From Iphione sp. A-MEVVRFRX5 (taxonomy: Eukaryota), in NCBI GenBank assembly GCA_976226885.1, contig OZ320320.1, positions 31,248,001-31,312,000 of the forward strand: a stretch of 64,000 bases of DNA. Reading direction: 5' to 3'. The position numbers and the translations under genes were made by a program. Shown here piece by piece: positions 10,421 through 24,784 of the stretch. Each line of letters opens with the position of its first letter. The first letter of the stretch is position 1. Under the pieces are notes generated by a model that searched no databases, was not told the DNA's origin, and saw only the letters and a list, made by a program, of their open reading frames with translations.

Positions 10421-13400
10421 ATGTCTGATTTATATACATGTACTCGACTTTTTATCACTTTTTTTAACAAAGTAAAAGTGCAGAATTACAAGATCAGAAA
10501 AAATAATAATGGTTATAGGAAGCCCGATTGTCGAATTTTAACACAGAACCGGTAAGTTCTTGACTAAATAAGCACGGAAGCTCCAAGCCCTGACTATCTG
10601 ATGGAGGCTAACCCTTGCTCCTGCTGTAAAATCAATTCTTCACATCATCAAAGAACACCACATAGCGGTAAACAGGGGTCATTTTAATCTATTATTTCTC
10701 TTGCTTGCCTGGAGTAATTCTTTTATTTCTTTATGAACGCCACATTAAATACAATTTTCCTTCTGTGAACTGAGCCTGCAACGTAAGCTGCGGACCAGTT
10801 TGGCGCTTTTGGCCGATTCCCTGAATCTCTATACAATTTCGAGAAATACAAACCCTAGCGAAAGCGTGGTTTTTCCCAGCAAGCCAGTTTGAAACTCAAG
10901 GCAGTGTAGAAAATTGTGTACCCAGTCAAGTTGTAAGCAGACGCAGGGTGTTTCTTCCCTTAGTAGCGGTCTGCCGTGAGTGTCAGATTTATTTGGTTGC
11001 CCGCAAGCAGCGACTGGAGGAAGTAAACTATCGGAAAAAGGTGTTTCCTTTTTATATAAATTTATATATTGACAGAATCACTCGAACAACCAAATTGGGA
11101 GGTTATACATCACAATTCAGGCTTTATTCAACAAAAGAAAAATTTCAAGTTGAATGACAGTTAATACCAAATGTTCCAAGGATGCAGGGCGTCATATCAC
11201 CATGGCGCTGCATGTTGACAAGGTGAGTAGCTGTTGTCAAGTCGTTCCCATAACAATATCCAAATAATCGTTTATTTGACATATATATAGTTTTATTTAA
11301 ACACTAGTATGGCTAGAAAACTTGTTGACCATATGGGTCTGCTACGACTTCAGTCAACATCTTGATCCATGCAAAAGTTTTCCATTGGGTAGTGCCTGAA
11401 CTCTTCAAATTTTCTGTGTATAAAGGGTAGAAATATCTTGGAGGTATGATAGAAGACAAAAAATATTGTCTGAACCGTCAGACTCCGTTGACAGAAATTG
11501 GAGAGGTCTGGTATACGCTTGCAACGTTTCGTCTGGCAGATGAGACAGAGCCGAATAAGTTGTCGCCATCACTGTACGACGCACATGACCTTCGTATGGG
11601 CCTCTCACCAACGAGGCTTTTTTACATTGACTTTTCACAAACAGCATGGTCCTAAACTTAAGGGACGGGGAAATAACCAGTTTTATACACAGAAGGTTAA
11701 TAAATCTCTTACTAATTGAACTTTTATCGCGCCCGCACTGTTTTGAGATTTATTACCGGATTCCCCAGTGCTCGTCTGTAGACAAAGAACGGCAATCCCT
11801 ATAAACACCCCGATAATGGTTGGTTGTCCGTATGAATATCCTGCACATAAGTTCCCTGATAGGGCAGGAGGAGAGTTCACCAAGCAGTGTTTATTTGATA
11901 TGGCTGGTTGGTAAGCGAGACATAGGTGTTATGTGGCAGACTGGTGTGGTGGTCTTGCCTCACGATTGGTCAGTTGACGGGTGGCACGTGCCTAGACGAT
12001 AGAAGGGGATGGTATGGGGAGATGCTAAGATGGCTGAAAGCCACAGGGTTTACAGAATTTAAAGAGGTGTAATATGTCAACGAGGCAGACAATGCATTTT
12101 AAGAAAGATAAGTCAGGTATACTGACTCCCAAAATATATGAATACATTATTATGTGGTGCAACTGTTGCCTTTTGGTCAGGTGGATAATGATGCTAGGGT
12201 GATCCTCAAGATCATTACAGAAACAGATTTCAGTGAAAGGTTTTAGCATCGAGAGAACGCTTTGTTGCGGATGGATTGTTTAGGTGGGAAATAATATTGT
12301 GGCAATTTTCTGAAAGGTAATATCTTTTTACTGCTCCCATGCAAATTTAGAAGATCTCCATTAAACAAAATGAATTTTTCAGTGTCGTGTAATGGGAGGA
12401 AAATCAGATGGTCAGTGGTTGGCCCCGTTTTGGAACAAATGGGGTCGTTTTGGTACATTTCCTATTGCCATAAGATTTTATAAATTCTTGAAATTTTAAG
12501 ATGTGTATGCCATATTCTTACGTTGACTTCATATATGATTTGCAAGAGGCTCAAGGACTCATGCTTAGATACAAGATTGTCAAAACATAAAGAGAAAGAT
12601 TGTTGGCAGTGTGATATAGCTTATTTGATACGGGACTTATCCCCACTTCTGCCATCCATTTTCATGGTAATCTGGTTGGAAATGCCAAGGAAACCGGCCA
12701 GTTATTTGACGCAGTGCGGATTCTCCAAGAAAAGATGATCTCTCTGGGAGGCAGATTTGGGTTGATAGATCTGATTAGGGTTGGAACGTTTTGATTTGTC
12801 TCTTTATCATGATCCTTAAGGATGCATCCTCCGTCTTCCTCCGCCAAATATTCTTGTGTACGCTTCAGATCTTAATCAGTGCGTGCCCCTTTTTGTCTAA
12901 ACATCCAAATTCTGTTTGGTGGCAAACCTGGATGGCATTTCCCTGAACGCTGCAAACCTGAATAAATATCGTTAACATGGTGTGACTTTTTTCCCCAAGA
13001 AGGAATCAAATTTTCATTTCGCGCCGTCATTAAATTATAGAAAGTAGACGCATTTGGTTTGGCGTTAGAATCAAGCGTTGAAGCGCTGGTCTGCTGGACT
13101 GAGTGCTGAGCTATATGAGGTTTATGTATCCACGCCCTGCTAGCTTCCAAATGATGATATAAGCATTATTCTCACTAGGTGTGTCTAAGTAACTCACTCC
13201 GTACTGAATGTCTCCAGTTACATTCCTCTGCTGCCTCAGTGTATTCATGAAATACCTTTGCTTGTGTAGATCTATACTCGATAGATACTAACTTGAGAAT
13301 CTACCGCGACACAATCCCTGTATTGGCTATACAGCAAAGACATTTCCTCAACACGTCTTGAGATTTTCTTTGCCGGTTAACGTCAATCATCTCAGGATAA

Positions 13401-13949
13401 TCGAGTCCACATCCATTGTTCACCTCTAGAATGTCACACCGCCACAAACTCACGTGCATTCATGATTAAATCACCTCTAATGTAACGTGCCTCACTAAAA
13501 TTACACACATATACACACACATACAGATATCTATGACTGGCACTATCTCTGTGTATGATCTACGAGAGGGTGTCACATTCTGGCGGAACGTTCTCTGGGA
13601 ACCTGCTTCAGCCAGTAAGCTCATCCCAGTGAGTCCCTCCTCCTCTTCCTCTGGCCCTGACCTGCTCCGAGCTGCTCAGAACCAATGAGGCAGTCGCCTC
13701 CAGGTGCTTGGCGCTGGTGGCACATCCAGCAGGATGCGCCGATTGGATGTACCAGACCACTGGAACCAGCCATGGGAAGGGGGTGGGGGGTATAGAATCG
13801 GAGCAAGGAAAGCGGGATTGTTTCCTAGGTGTGCGTTGGTGGATAATACTGAAAGACAGGTTAGTGAAGGTAGGCAAGAGGCTGGAATAGAGGGGTTTCT
13901 TGTCGGTAGTTCAACGGTTCAACGAGTGGCAACATTGGGGAGGAAGTGG

Positions 13950-14700
13950 TATATATGAAGGAAAGATTAGGCTTGGCAGCAATTTGTGGAACAGAGTTAA
14001 TGATGGTAGGCTAGTGAAGAATATAGTGAAGACAGAGTGAGAATATATCTCTGGGCGATATGAGATGAAGATGGAGCTAAATTGATAGGGCCGGGAGTCA
14101 AAGGAGATATCTTAAGTAGTAAAGGTTAGCAGGTGGAGAAGATGATGAGGGCGAGAGATGGCTGTTCAGGAGGGACGAGGAAAGTGATAAAGAGTCAACC
14201 AGGTTGATGGAAAGTGTGGTCAGAGGGTTACTTGTTGGTATGCGAGAAGGATGGACGGTGATGAAGATTGGTGGGGGGTTAGATGAAGGGGGAATAAGGG
14301 ATGTAGGGAGGAAAGCGAGGGGGCTCTCTGAAATTATCCTTGGTGGGAGGGAGCGACGATCGTGGTAGGAGAGTGGCGAGAACGATGAGGAGAACATGGA
14401 GGTTCGGTAAAAGCTGGGAGTGGGGTAGCTGGCAGTAACCAGGATGTCTGCTGTAACTCGAAGGGAAGCAATATAATTGTTTGGCAGTGGGTCATGACGA
14501 GTGAGTTACGGGGGAGTAGAGTGAATAAGTCTTGGAGTGAGGAAGAATGTAGAACAGTTGGGAGAGTAGCTTGGAGGAAGGTTGGGAAGAAGAAATGTAG
14601 GGGAGAGGCCTAGCTCCGCCCATCGTGAGTAAGAAGCAAGTAGGGAAGAAGGGACGAGAAGCAAGATTTAAGTGGAGGGTGGGAGAGGAGCGGCAGTGAA
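13950..14700 (-). mobile_element. Decayed LINE 3' fragment (CR1/L2/Jockey-like)
   Basis: C/T-rich minus strand; LSYHDRRSLP resembles the SYxxRLxxLxL motif downstream of RT. Heavily eroded. Confidence 0.35.
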
Positions 14701-15799
14701 ACTTAAGGTCGGTGACCTGTGCAAGTCAGACGTAATGGAACACGCCCAGAGACGGGTGAATTAGATTCCGGCCGATTACAGTCGCCGCCCCAACTGAGTC
14801 CTGCTCACACTGCCAACTCCTTCTGTTCTTCCGGCCCATCCCCCCGAGCCCATTTTACTCCTCCACGCAAACCTTCGAATATAAACACACACACACACAA
14901 ACACACACGTTCACCCCTTTGGTAACCGCAACAAGAAACAAGGGACCTCTCCTCTCCTTTTCGAATGTGGCTTCTGAAAGCGCTTCGTCACACCTGAAAA
15001 TCATTTCAGGCGTCCTAGACAATAATTCTTTGCTCTACCAGTAAGTGATCACGTATGTACTTTTGAGACATGAGCCTTTGTCACCAAACAAATTTTGTTT
15101 CCCAAAGCAGTTACAATATTCACTTGGATAAGGAAAACTAGAATAAATGATTGAAATTCAGTTTGTTACTGTAGAGTGTATTTGGCTATGAAGTGAATTA
15201 CTCTGCAAAACGTTTGACAAATGAAGGCTAACTGTGTCTAAAAGCTTTAATCTGGTTAGTGTTTTAGTAGGTAAAACATGGACATATAGACGACAGTTTT
15301 CAATAAAGAGTTCATATCCCGAGTCAATTTCAGTGAACTAGAACTAATTCACTATAACTGATAAAGAATTTAATTTAAGTCAACTGTAGGAGAGTAACAT
15401 ATTTTGATAGTACAATAAAGCGTATTTAGAGCTGCTTTATCCAGCTAGAATATAAAGCCGCCAACCCTGCTTCTCTTGTTCAAATGATTGTCTCTCTCTC
15501 TGTAGGCAGACAGCCGCCTTCTAAGCGCATTTATATGTGTGACCAGTGTATATGTATGAGGGCGAGATATATACTAGGTAAGGTCACAATATTTTTACTC
15601 AGATATTTATGAGAAACAGCATACATCCAACATAGATCTTGATTCAGAGACGGGTGTGGGTTAGCTAATCACTGATGAGTATAGCTCACTTTGCGTAGTT
15701 TAAGAGCAAACCCTCCATGTTTGGTAGCCTTAGACGAGCCGCTCGACCCCTCCCAGGTCATACAGGGCTGCGCGCCCAGATGGCCCCTGGGTGGATCAA

Positions 15800-16720
15800 T
15801 CACCATTGTCTGGTCTCAGCTACATCTTCTGCCCTAACTCGGCCGGCTGGATAACGCCACCCTGGAGACACATAACGCTCGCCCAGCACTGACAAGACGG
15901 AATTAGGGTGTGCTTGTGTCTACGGGGAGCTGGGCAGACGTAGGAGAAGAGGAAGTGCGACTGGGCCGGGAGGGGGAGGGGAGTTATTGAGGTGTAGCTG
16001 TCGAAAGGGGAAGAGATTGTTGTTCTTTTAAGCAGGCCCCAGTGTGTCCGTTCACAGTGGGCCTTCACGTGTACCCAGCTGTTCTGTACACGCATCTGTC
16101 ACGGTCAGGGAAACCGAGCTATTGGTACCCATTCCATTGAGACAAAAGGTCAGTCAGGGTTACATCGCTCCGAATCATTCTTCAGACCTTGGGCAAAGTT
16201 AGAGGTTCCTTTAGGAGGACTAATGCGGTTTCTACCTGCCTTCCTAATTCTTTAAGTAACTACACAGGTCAGAGTTATTACAGAAACATCAGTCAGGTTG
16301 GGATCCTGTTGATCAGTATTGTATTGTATATTACGAAAAATACAAGCTAAGATTTCTGACTGACTTTTTCATCATGTAGACAGCGAGTGCATATGTCTAT
16401 AGAGACCACTGAATAGTTCAGGTGGTGATGATTGATATAATTCCCTAGACACTGGGTATTGTCACTAGCCAATTCAAACTGCCTGACTGCATATTTTGCG
16501 TTACCAAATGCACATTGCTTGGCTGTAGTGGATATTTCATCACCATTGCCAGCAGATCGCAATACAATTTGGAATGGGAAAAGTCAGATATTGATCTTCC
16601 ACTTTCGGGTTAGTGAGCCTCTAGGGTGGAGATCGTCTATGATAAATCCTAGTCAGATTCTGCAAGTAAGAAACCCTCTAGTAGGATGTCGTTCACCCTA
16701 GGGCATTCCATTTGATTTCC
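15800..16720 (-). pseudogene. Decayed DIRS1-type RNase H to methyltransferase region
   Basis: LASDNTQCLGNYIN (16347-16562 ORF) resembles the DIRS RNase H motif VxSDNxTxVxYIN. DLLAMV lies upstream; MEWV and VSPGWRYP lie downstream in the expected order. Confidence 0.55.
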
Positions 16721-17929
16721 TTGGCTTTAAGACAAATTCCAAAGCACAATGCCAGCTTATACATATTTTTTAACTCTCCTATCAGGAAATAAGACCCTGC
16801 AATTTTATTGTTAAAATATAGAAATATATTTAAAACTTGGCATTCGGTGTGAAATCATAGACGTCCAAAAAAGTTGAAAATTGAGATTGTATTAAGATGT
16901 AACACGATGATTCATTATGTGTTTGTCTAAAATATTGGCTGAAATCGATTTCCCATGCGGACACAAAGGGACTTTCATTATGTCTGCAGTAGGGGGTGTC
17001 CACAGTAGCTGAAAATGGACTTAACATGTGGTAATAGTAGTAGAATAGAGAATACAGTAATAATGTGCATGACTTAGTCCTAAAAGTACCGAATTTGCCA
17101 AGTAAAAGTCCTAAAATTTGTTAATGTCTAGATTAAAAGTACTAAAAGCAGTGATTTTGATGAGTAAAAGTCCTGCAGGTGAGGACTTTTCTATAAGCAT
17201 GGGCACTACTCCCTCCTGTCAACTGCAAACACTGTAAAAGCAGTATTTTGATCTGAAAAATTGGTGTTCGCCAGCAAGTCTGTCTACTGGGCGGGTGTCT
17301 GCTGTAGCCTGTAATTCTAAAACATAAAATAGAGTGTTTTCATATTTTTTGGATTATTTCCGGCTGTAGATCGGGTTGTCCCCATTGGTTTGGTGTTCTA
17401 CCACTCTGGCGGGTGTTTCCGTGAGTTAGTCCAATAGAAACGATTGTTCTTCCTATGGGTTTGTCAGCAGACAACCACATGGGTACATTTTCTAAGACGT
17501 AATACCATTGGTTTTGAAAAAATCAAAATGGTGGCCACTTGCCAACTCGATTCAAAAGTTTGGGAGAATAATCCAAGGAATGTTCACAATAAAATGGCTT
17601 TTGAATGATATCTACACATGCAAAAAATAATAATAAACGATCTATGAGCTTAAAATACATACATATTACTTCTTAAATCCAACATAGCATCTTTACCTTG
17701 AATGTCACCAAGACGGAAGTAGGTGACCTGATCTGAAAACAAACTCTCGTGCTAATGTGAATTGGGGAGAGGTTTATTATCATCCAATAAAATTCTTTGT
17801 TTGAAATGTAAACAACCAAAATGGTGGCCGTCGAGTGCATTTTTGTCTTAAATCATGCACGATGCTGCTTATAATTAAATATTTCTATATATTTCATCCA
17901 TTTGTTTATTTAATCATCAGCAGAACTAC

Positions 17930-18046
17930 GTTTAGGTATGGTTTCTTTATGAATTGTATGTTAGTTTAACCCCTTATGCCCTCGACCTGCGGTCTTGGGT
18001 GATGGAGTTAAACTAATGTACAATTTATAAGAAACCACTCCTAAAC
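17930..18046 (+). other. 117-nt long imperfect hairpin / inverted repeat
   Basis: Arms GTTTAGGTATGGTTTCTTTATGAATTGTATGTTAGTTTAAC and GTTAAACTAATGTACAATTTATAAGAAACCACTCCTAAAC are complementary; the spacer also folds (GCCC/GGGT, GACC/GGTC). Confidence 0.85.
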
Positions 18047-18506
18047 CTATTGTTCATTAACAGTGTCTCCACTCCTACATATAAAAATATTTATGGTATT
18101 TACATGTTGATGTGCTGATACTGTGAGACTGACAATTTTCATAGGCCACAAATTGCCTGCAGTGTATAAGGTCCATAGCCTGAAATTGATGGGTTCATCA
18201 GGTACAGAGAGGTCAATGATTGCATAAATTAACTGGACAGTGTATAAGTTCTATAGACCAGAAATTCAGGTCACATCATTACTCACAGGAAAGTTCCATT
18301 CCCTTTTTGGGCAGGCTATGATCACTCTGCCACCTTATTTGGTTAAGTTATGGGCACTCTACCTCCCTAAGCTGCCACCAGCTATGCAGACTAGCTAACT
18401 TACTTTTCGATATTGTGTTACTTTGTTGCAAAGCCTGTGGCTCCATGCAGATTGGTTGAAATCCTTCCATTATTGTATACATGGTATCTTTATGAGAAAT
18501 ATTGAT

Positions 18507-18600
18507 CTGATTGGCTAGATTAATGAGTTAGAGAACCTGATTGGCTAATACTTTGTCTGAGAGACTATAAAAGGAGGATCTACCTCAGCAAGAAACAGTT
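18507..18600 (+). promoter_or_regulatory. Candidate Pol II promoter (two CCAAT boxes, TATA, Inr-like)
   Basis: CTGATTGGCTA at 18507-18517 and 18537-18547 (30 bp apart), TATAAAAGG at 18566-18574, and Inr-like ACAGTT about 30 nt after the TATA start. Confidence 0.5.
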
Positions 18601-21240
18601 TGGAACTATACTCTGGTGTGTTCAGATCTATATTCATCCACATCTTACAAATATTGAATACAAATGTTTAATCATTAATATTGAACTAGGATTAATTATA
18701 ATAGTTGCAAAAACCACCACTCCCAGACATGAAAGCTATTGATCTTATTATTTTAACATTCAAAGTGTTTATAAAATGTCAGATATCTAAGATATGTTAA
18801 TGAATTTATGTATGTTGATACATATACGTGTTATTTATTATCAACACATAAAAAGTACAAATAGTGCTTGATAAAAACTGTATAACTAGATCGCTTGCTT
18901 TTAGAATGTAACTGTAAAATGTAATGTAGGAGATTTACTGGGATATAGAAAACTACTAAGCTGTTCGGTATTCCGCAACAATCATGAATAAGATTGTGTA
19001 CAGGGATGCATTTGGCCATTAGTGATAGCCATCAGTAGCAGTAAATGTGGAGGAGTAACTTTGATCATATAGTAATTTATAATCCAGATGGAATCAATAC
19101 GAATCGCGGAATGTTTTATTCTCGATCATGGCTTTTTCATTTCCCAGCAATACTACATGTATCGCAAAACCTATTTCAAGATCTTCCAGGTTAGAATAAC
19201 TGAGAACACGACCAAAGATTGAAATACATGTAGTAGAAAATAAGACGGCGGAACGATCTATAGAGGTCAACACATATGCAAATTATAGTGATTGATATGG
19301 GTCTATAACAAGGACCAGAGAATAATTACTTTCATTGGGCCATTCAGTACATGAGGATACCCGGTTTCTGCGCATACAGGAACAATCATTCGCTTGTAGA
19401 GCAATAACTAAGAATTGACGGGTAGGCTTTTAATGTGAGACAGATCAGTATACACGGAAGTAGGCAGAGAAACAGGTATGCTGTTCGTGGCTGAAATTCG
19501 TCTTGTTCAAAGAGAAATACTGTATACATGTATTTTGAAATGTTATACTACTGACTAGGAAATTACTCGTTGGAACACTAGATTTACATGGAAATTCGCT
19601 TACTAACTGGTGACTGGAGGAGGACTGGACTATTCTCCAGAGACTACTGGTTTGAAACTGATAGGTAGGTCTTTATCTTTAAATGCTATAATGCTGCTAC
19701 CAGAGCACATCCTTGAAATCTGCCGTCAAGAAACCGTTTTTCTGACTATTATGCACATTTCTTTATGGATATCTAATAGATATATATCTACACACATACT
19801 GCATGAAGTATGTTAGGCAAGAAACATCCCTGAAGTTGCTTGCAAAAGTTCTGAAATGTTTGTTTTTCCCTCTCTGAGGTCAACAACCTCACCTTTCCTA
19901 ATCAGCTCCCAGAGCCATACTTTCGTATGCAGATGCTCGGGCCATACTTTCTTAATCGAATGCCTCGGCAATGTTTAATTTACCAAGCAGATGCCGGGGC
20001 CATACTGATTTAAAGGAACGATGCCTAAGAGGGCCCATAGTTAGTGTAGGCTGGATACTTTTGGTGTTAATGAACCTCTAAACCATCTCCAGCCCAATGC
20101 AATTTACCGTTTTGATTGGAATAATTAGCTGGCAAATTGCCCTCGGCACGTTGTCTGATTTAGTGTATTTTTTCTGGCCGACTAGTCAGCTGTGTTGCCA
20201 GACTACCGGCCAACCACAACCACGTAGGTGTGACTAGTGTAGTGGCTTGTTGTTAAATCATTGATAACTGTCCTAAAGGATGGTGGCTTTTGTAATGAAT
20301 AACGGTAAGACTTTCAAGAATCCAGAAGTGTTGGGAAGAACCATGTGCAGTGCTACTTAAACACAAGCTAGGGATGGGATCGGGACAGTTAGGCCTGAGT
20401 GATTCGTTTCTTTGTGGTTATGGTACACACATATATATGTACATGTATGTATATAAAGGGAGAGATTCTACAACAGTTCTATCTCCAAGTGAAGGTATCT
20501 GCAATCTGATAAACCTTACTCTGGGTGGAAAAAACATTCACAATAATATATGTCTAATGCTGAGCTCACAGATGAAATTATATTGTTATGCAGGTCTTTC
20601 TGGCACCTTATTGTTTGCCGCGACATGAATTTCAATACAGAAAGTTAAGTAGAAAGAAGAATGGAGCAGGATAACGCACTATATATGAAACCCATGGGGT
20701 TTCCTCGGAAGAAGTGCTCTGCTTTCTCATTCATTAACGCTTTGTGGCTTGCACTTGTAATTTATTGAATTCTACCGGGATTACTTTTGCAGATTATTTA
20801 CCAACTCTGACCCTAAGGTCGGTACTTGTCATACATTTTCACTTAAGTATAAATTACAAAAACGTGCGCATATCACGGTTCAACATAGGGATCTTACATT
20901 ATCCTTAACCCTTTGCTTGATGGATTCTACTGATAGAACGTAGATCTGGTAAAGCAGAGTGAAACTTTCGATAGTCTGCCGCCATAGAACGTATCGAAAT
21001 TCTTCAGGGAGAAACAGAGCAGATTTACCCTGCAAAAAGCATCGGAATTTAAATTACAGTTGAACTGGTTACATGTTCCTAACATGAAAACCAACATCCT
21101 CCTTTCGCTCTAGAGGTAATACTTCCTATTGTGATTATAATATCGAGTGTTCTACCAAACCATATCTTAATCATGTACGATATTTTTTAAGTTGTTAAAT
21201 AAACGGAGGTTACATAAATCGTTTTGTTTTGTACTCACTA

Positions 21241-21295
21241 TGGCCTAGTCACCCATTGCAAGGGAGATCGGGGAGGGTTCAACTCCACAGCCAAC
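21241..21295 (+). other. Degenerate tRNA-like (SINE-type) head
   Basis: Partial A box TGGCCTAGT, small stem-loop CCC-ATTGCAA-GGG and B box GGTTCAACTCC; no complete cloverleaf. Confidence 0.35.
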
Positions 21296-24200
21296 GTTGA
21301 CACAACCATGCTCTCCTCTCTCCGGGTAACACATAATAAAGCTCTTTCCTCTCTCTGACAGGACACCGAGTCGCACATTGACATTTAATAGATGAGACTA
21401 CCGGGAGAAGCGGGTTCACACTAGATAATGGAAAATGGAGACCTGGGTAGTCACATACACATGTTGCTTCAGTGACACCAGGCGCCACCATGGAGAGGAC
21501 GGGGGCGGGTACTAGGCCAACAGTGGAGAAAAATGTGAAACTAGCAGCTTAAACAGGAATAAATGGGGATATGTGGTGAACTCCTGATGAACCCTTGATA
21601 CATGATTATGATCACCAAGAGAAAACAAACGACTCCCACAAGTTGGACCATCTTCATGAGCACAGCGGTAAAAACAAGAATCTGATGTGTATACACTGTA
21701 TTTATAGTCAGGGATCACCCTGTGATAGAGTTGTGCGGTTGCACTGGAGCACTAGACTGATTATGCCATGTTCGCAACTTCAGTGGAAATTATATTCAAA
21801 CATCATGTTTCAAAACATTAAGATCGCTTAAAAATGTGTTCATGCTGCAAGTGTTTGAACTATTATTAAGCGAATCAGTCACAAAGAAATAGGTTCGCAC
21901 AATAAGTAAATCAATGGGATGTCAAAGGGTTATGCAAGCCCGTCCCCCCCCCAAAAAAAAAAGTGAAAAAATATTGTTGCGATTTGATCGTAGGGAAACA
22001 ATGATAAAGTTAGGAGGCTAGATGAAACCATAATGAAAAAATGTATGCTGTGCAAAGCACGAATCTATCACGTATCTTTGATCTAACTAGGCTCTCTCGG
22101 GAACTTTTTCTTGTTTCAGGGGAAGTAACATTTGGAGAAACAAAGGCAAGATGCGCTCAAATATTTGAATGAACGTTGTATTGATATAATGGTAGAGATG
22201 AAACACCTGTTGAAAATCGTAAGGCGTAGTTCATGTTTGTTTCGTGTGGCAACAGCAATCAGTTGTCCTTTAACTGCTGATCTCATACGGGAATGGGCAC
22301 TAAGAAGTTGGATTTTGCCTGAAAATACATTTCCCTCCATGTATTACATACATGTCGTAGAAAATGTTTCATAGTCAACTTCACCATGTACTTCATCATC
22401 GGACCAAACTACTGGAGATAAACTTCCTTTATTGATTTGATAACAGTTTTAAGTTGTAAAGTGTACCAGCAAGTGAACAATTCAAATGTGACAGTCGTGT
22501 GCTGGTACTTGCTGCATTGTACATACACATCATATTTTGATCTCATTTAGTCGATCTCATTTGGCTCTTCGAATTTTCCATCGACCATTGCCCTAGCAAA
22601 GCTCCGTATTACTATGATCAAAAGAAACCTGTAACGTGTTACCTGTGTCAGGGAAATCAATTACAACTGTCAAGAAGTTCATAAGAGCTCCGAATATCAC
22701 CTTCTGGCCACTGATGATAATAGGTGTTTTTCTCCTTCATTCTACCTTCTACTGACATTTATTTGTTAAAGTACTATTACACGGAAAGATCTCTACGTAG
22801 GTACTGAGAATTTTAATGAACGTATTTGATTACTCCGCACCCCCTCCCTTCCCCCCAGGGCGCCTCTGCAATGTCTATGATTCAACCTTTATGAATGAGT
22901 GAGCACTTGTAACATAACTGACATATTACTATAGTCTGGTGGCATTGGATATCTATCATTTATAAATGTCCTCAAAAATATTTCATTCTCCCCACCATAA
23001 AGTGGGGGGCATTTTTTGCACAATGCAGTACTCATAATGATGATATGGAATAATCATCACATGCGGGACACTACTCATCATCCTGATCTCATGACAACTT
23101 TATAATGCGTACGGAATCAATTGAATGCACAACTGTAGTGTTCAGATTGATTGAATCGTTTCTACATCGCACACGACTTGTATCGCTCATCTAGTCAACC
23201 ATCCTCTTCCCATCGCTATACAAAAGCCAGCGTGACATATGCTGTCCTCATATACTCTGACGACAGCCGTGGCAGTGGTGGTGCCGTAAACGTAGCGACC
23301 GCCTGCATCTAGTTCAACTTGCCATCTACTACTCACAACCCATCTCGGCGGGCCTTAAGCTGGGCCGTCTCATTACAACCTTCATGATTTATGCAGCCTG
23401 TGCCAGGCTTCTGTGGTGATTATATTGAGCTTTTCCGTCCGTTTACATACCATAGGGGCTAGGGCCGTCCACCACCACCGCCACCACCAGCACCACCAAA
23501 TACCAGCACCACACACTATCATCCACCACCACCGCCTACCGTCGCCCTCGGCGTAGTCGTAGTGGGAGGGCCTAATGACTAGTATACTAGGCAGTCTATC
23601 TTCCACCTTACCTATGGCCGCTAGTAATCAGTCGTCGGCGAGTAGGGAGACAACTCTTCTGAGTCATAACAGATGAGTTGGGACAATGGAAAATGGACTT
23701 GTTGTTTTTCTCTCTTTTCAATGGCTTCTTCAGCGAGCAGTGTCTCTAGTTCCGGCTCGTCAAAGTATATGTTCAACATGTCTGCTGATTAACATATATT
23801 TCCACGTGTTTCGTGCCTTGGTAGTTTAATTTAGTATAAATATGTACATATAATCAGTTGTGCCATTACGATTTTAATACTGTCGGGCTGTACTATGAAG
23901 GCTGATCAAAGTTTATATATGACTACATACACATCTAATAAGGAACAGCTGAAAGTCTTTTATCTACTGCACAATGAGACATGTGGGTGTATTGTGTGTG
24001 ATAGCAATGACATTAATATATTTGCTCTAATATAAGTAGATAATATACATTAATAGAGACCCGCAATATATGCAACAAGAACAAATATTTATACATGTAG
24101 CTAATAGAACTAGTCGGATTTCTTGTTACATTTTGCATTCATTCCTTTATTAAGTAATGAAACTGTTTCTATGCAAAGGTTTCATTCAGAGAATATACGG

Positions 24201-24784
24201 TTTAAAGATTACAATATCGTATTTGGTATACAATTGCTTATATTTCCTAGGTCAGAAAGCCTGGCAAAGTTTTCCCATGTTCACCTATGACAAATAAGTC
24301 GGTTACAGCACATACAAGGCGCCCTTTAGTTTAATACATAGTTTATTCCATTTAAGTGGGAAATTCTTCACAGATGGATCCCCTTAACAAGTGTCTGCAC
24401 ATTGCACAGAAACGGCGCCTCGTCTACAATAACTATTCATAGTTCTAGATGTAAAAAAAAAACATTTCAAAAAGTAGTGAAAACAGCGTTAACTTTTTTT
24501 GAGAGAGGGGTCGGCTACAGTCAATGATCATCATCTATACCATCCTTTTGATGACATCATTTCTATTCACCGCCTGTCATCGATGAGGAATGAAACCTTG
24601 GATAGGTCATAGCACACATGAGTAGACTGGAGGAACAAGGAGTGTGTGGGGGGCGGGGGGTAACGGTATCTATTTATTAGCTGTTCTAGTGTGCGTCACC
24701 CCCCCCCCCCTGCCTTACCCTGTCCTCAATACTCAACATTAAAAGTACCACCCCAACCCGCCCTAGCGGCACGTATTTTCAACA

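Noticed and set aside
15660-15715. CTGATGAG hammerhead-like core
   Set aside because: No pairing stem II followed by GAAA, and no stem III.
23382-23606. Trp/Gly/Pro-rich ORF
   Set aside because: Arises from (CCA)n-like trinucleotide low complexity; other frames contain stops.
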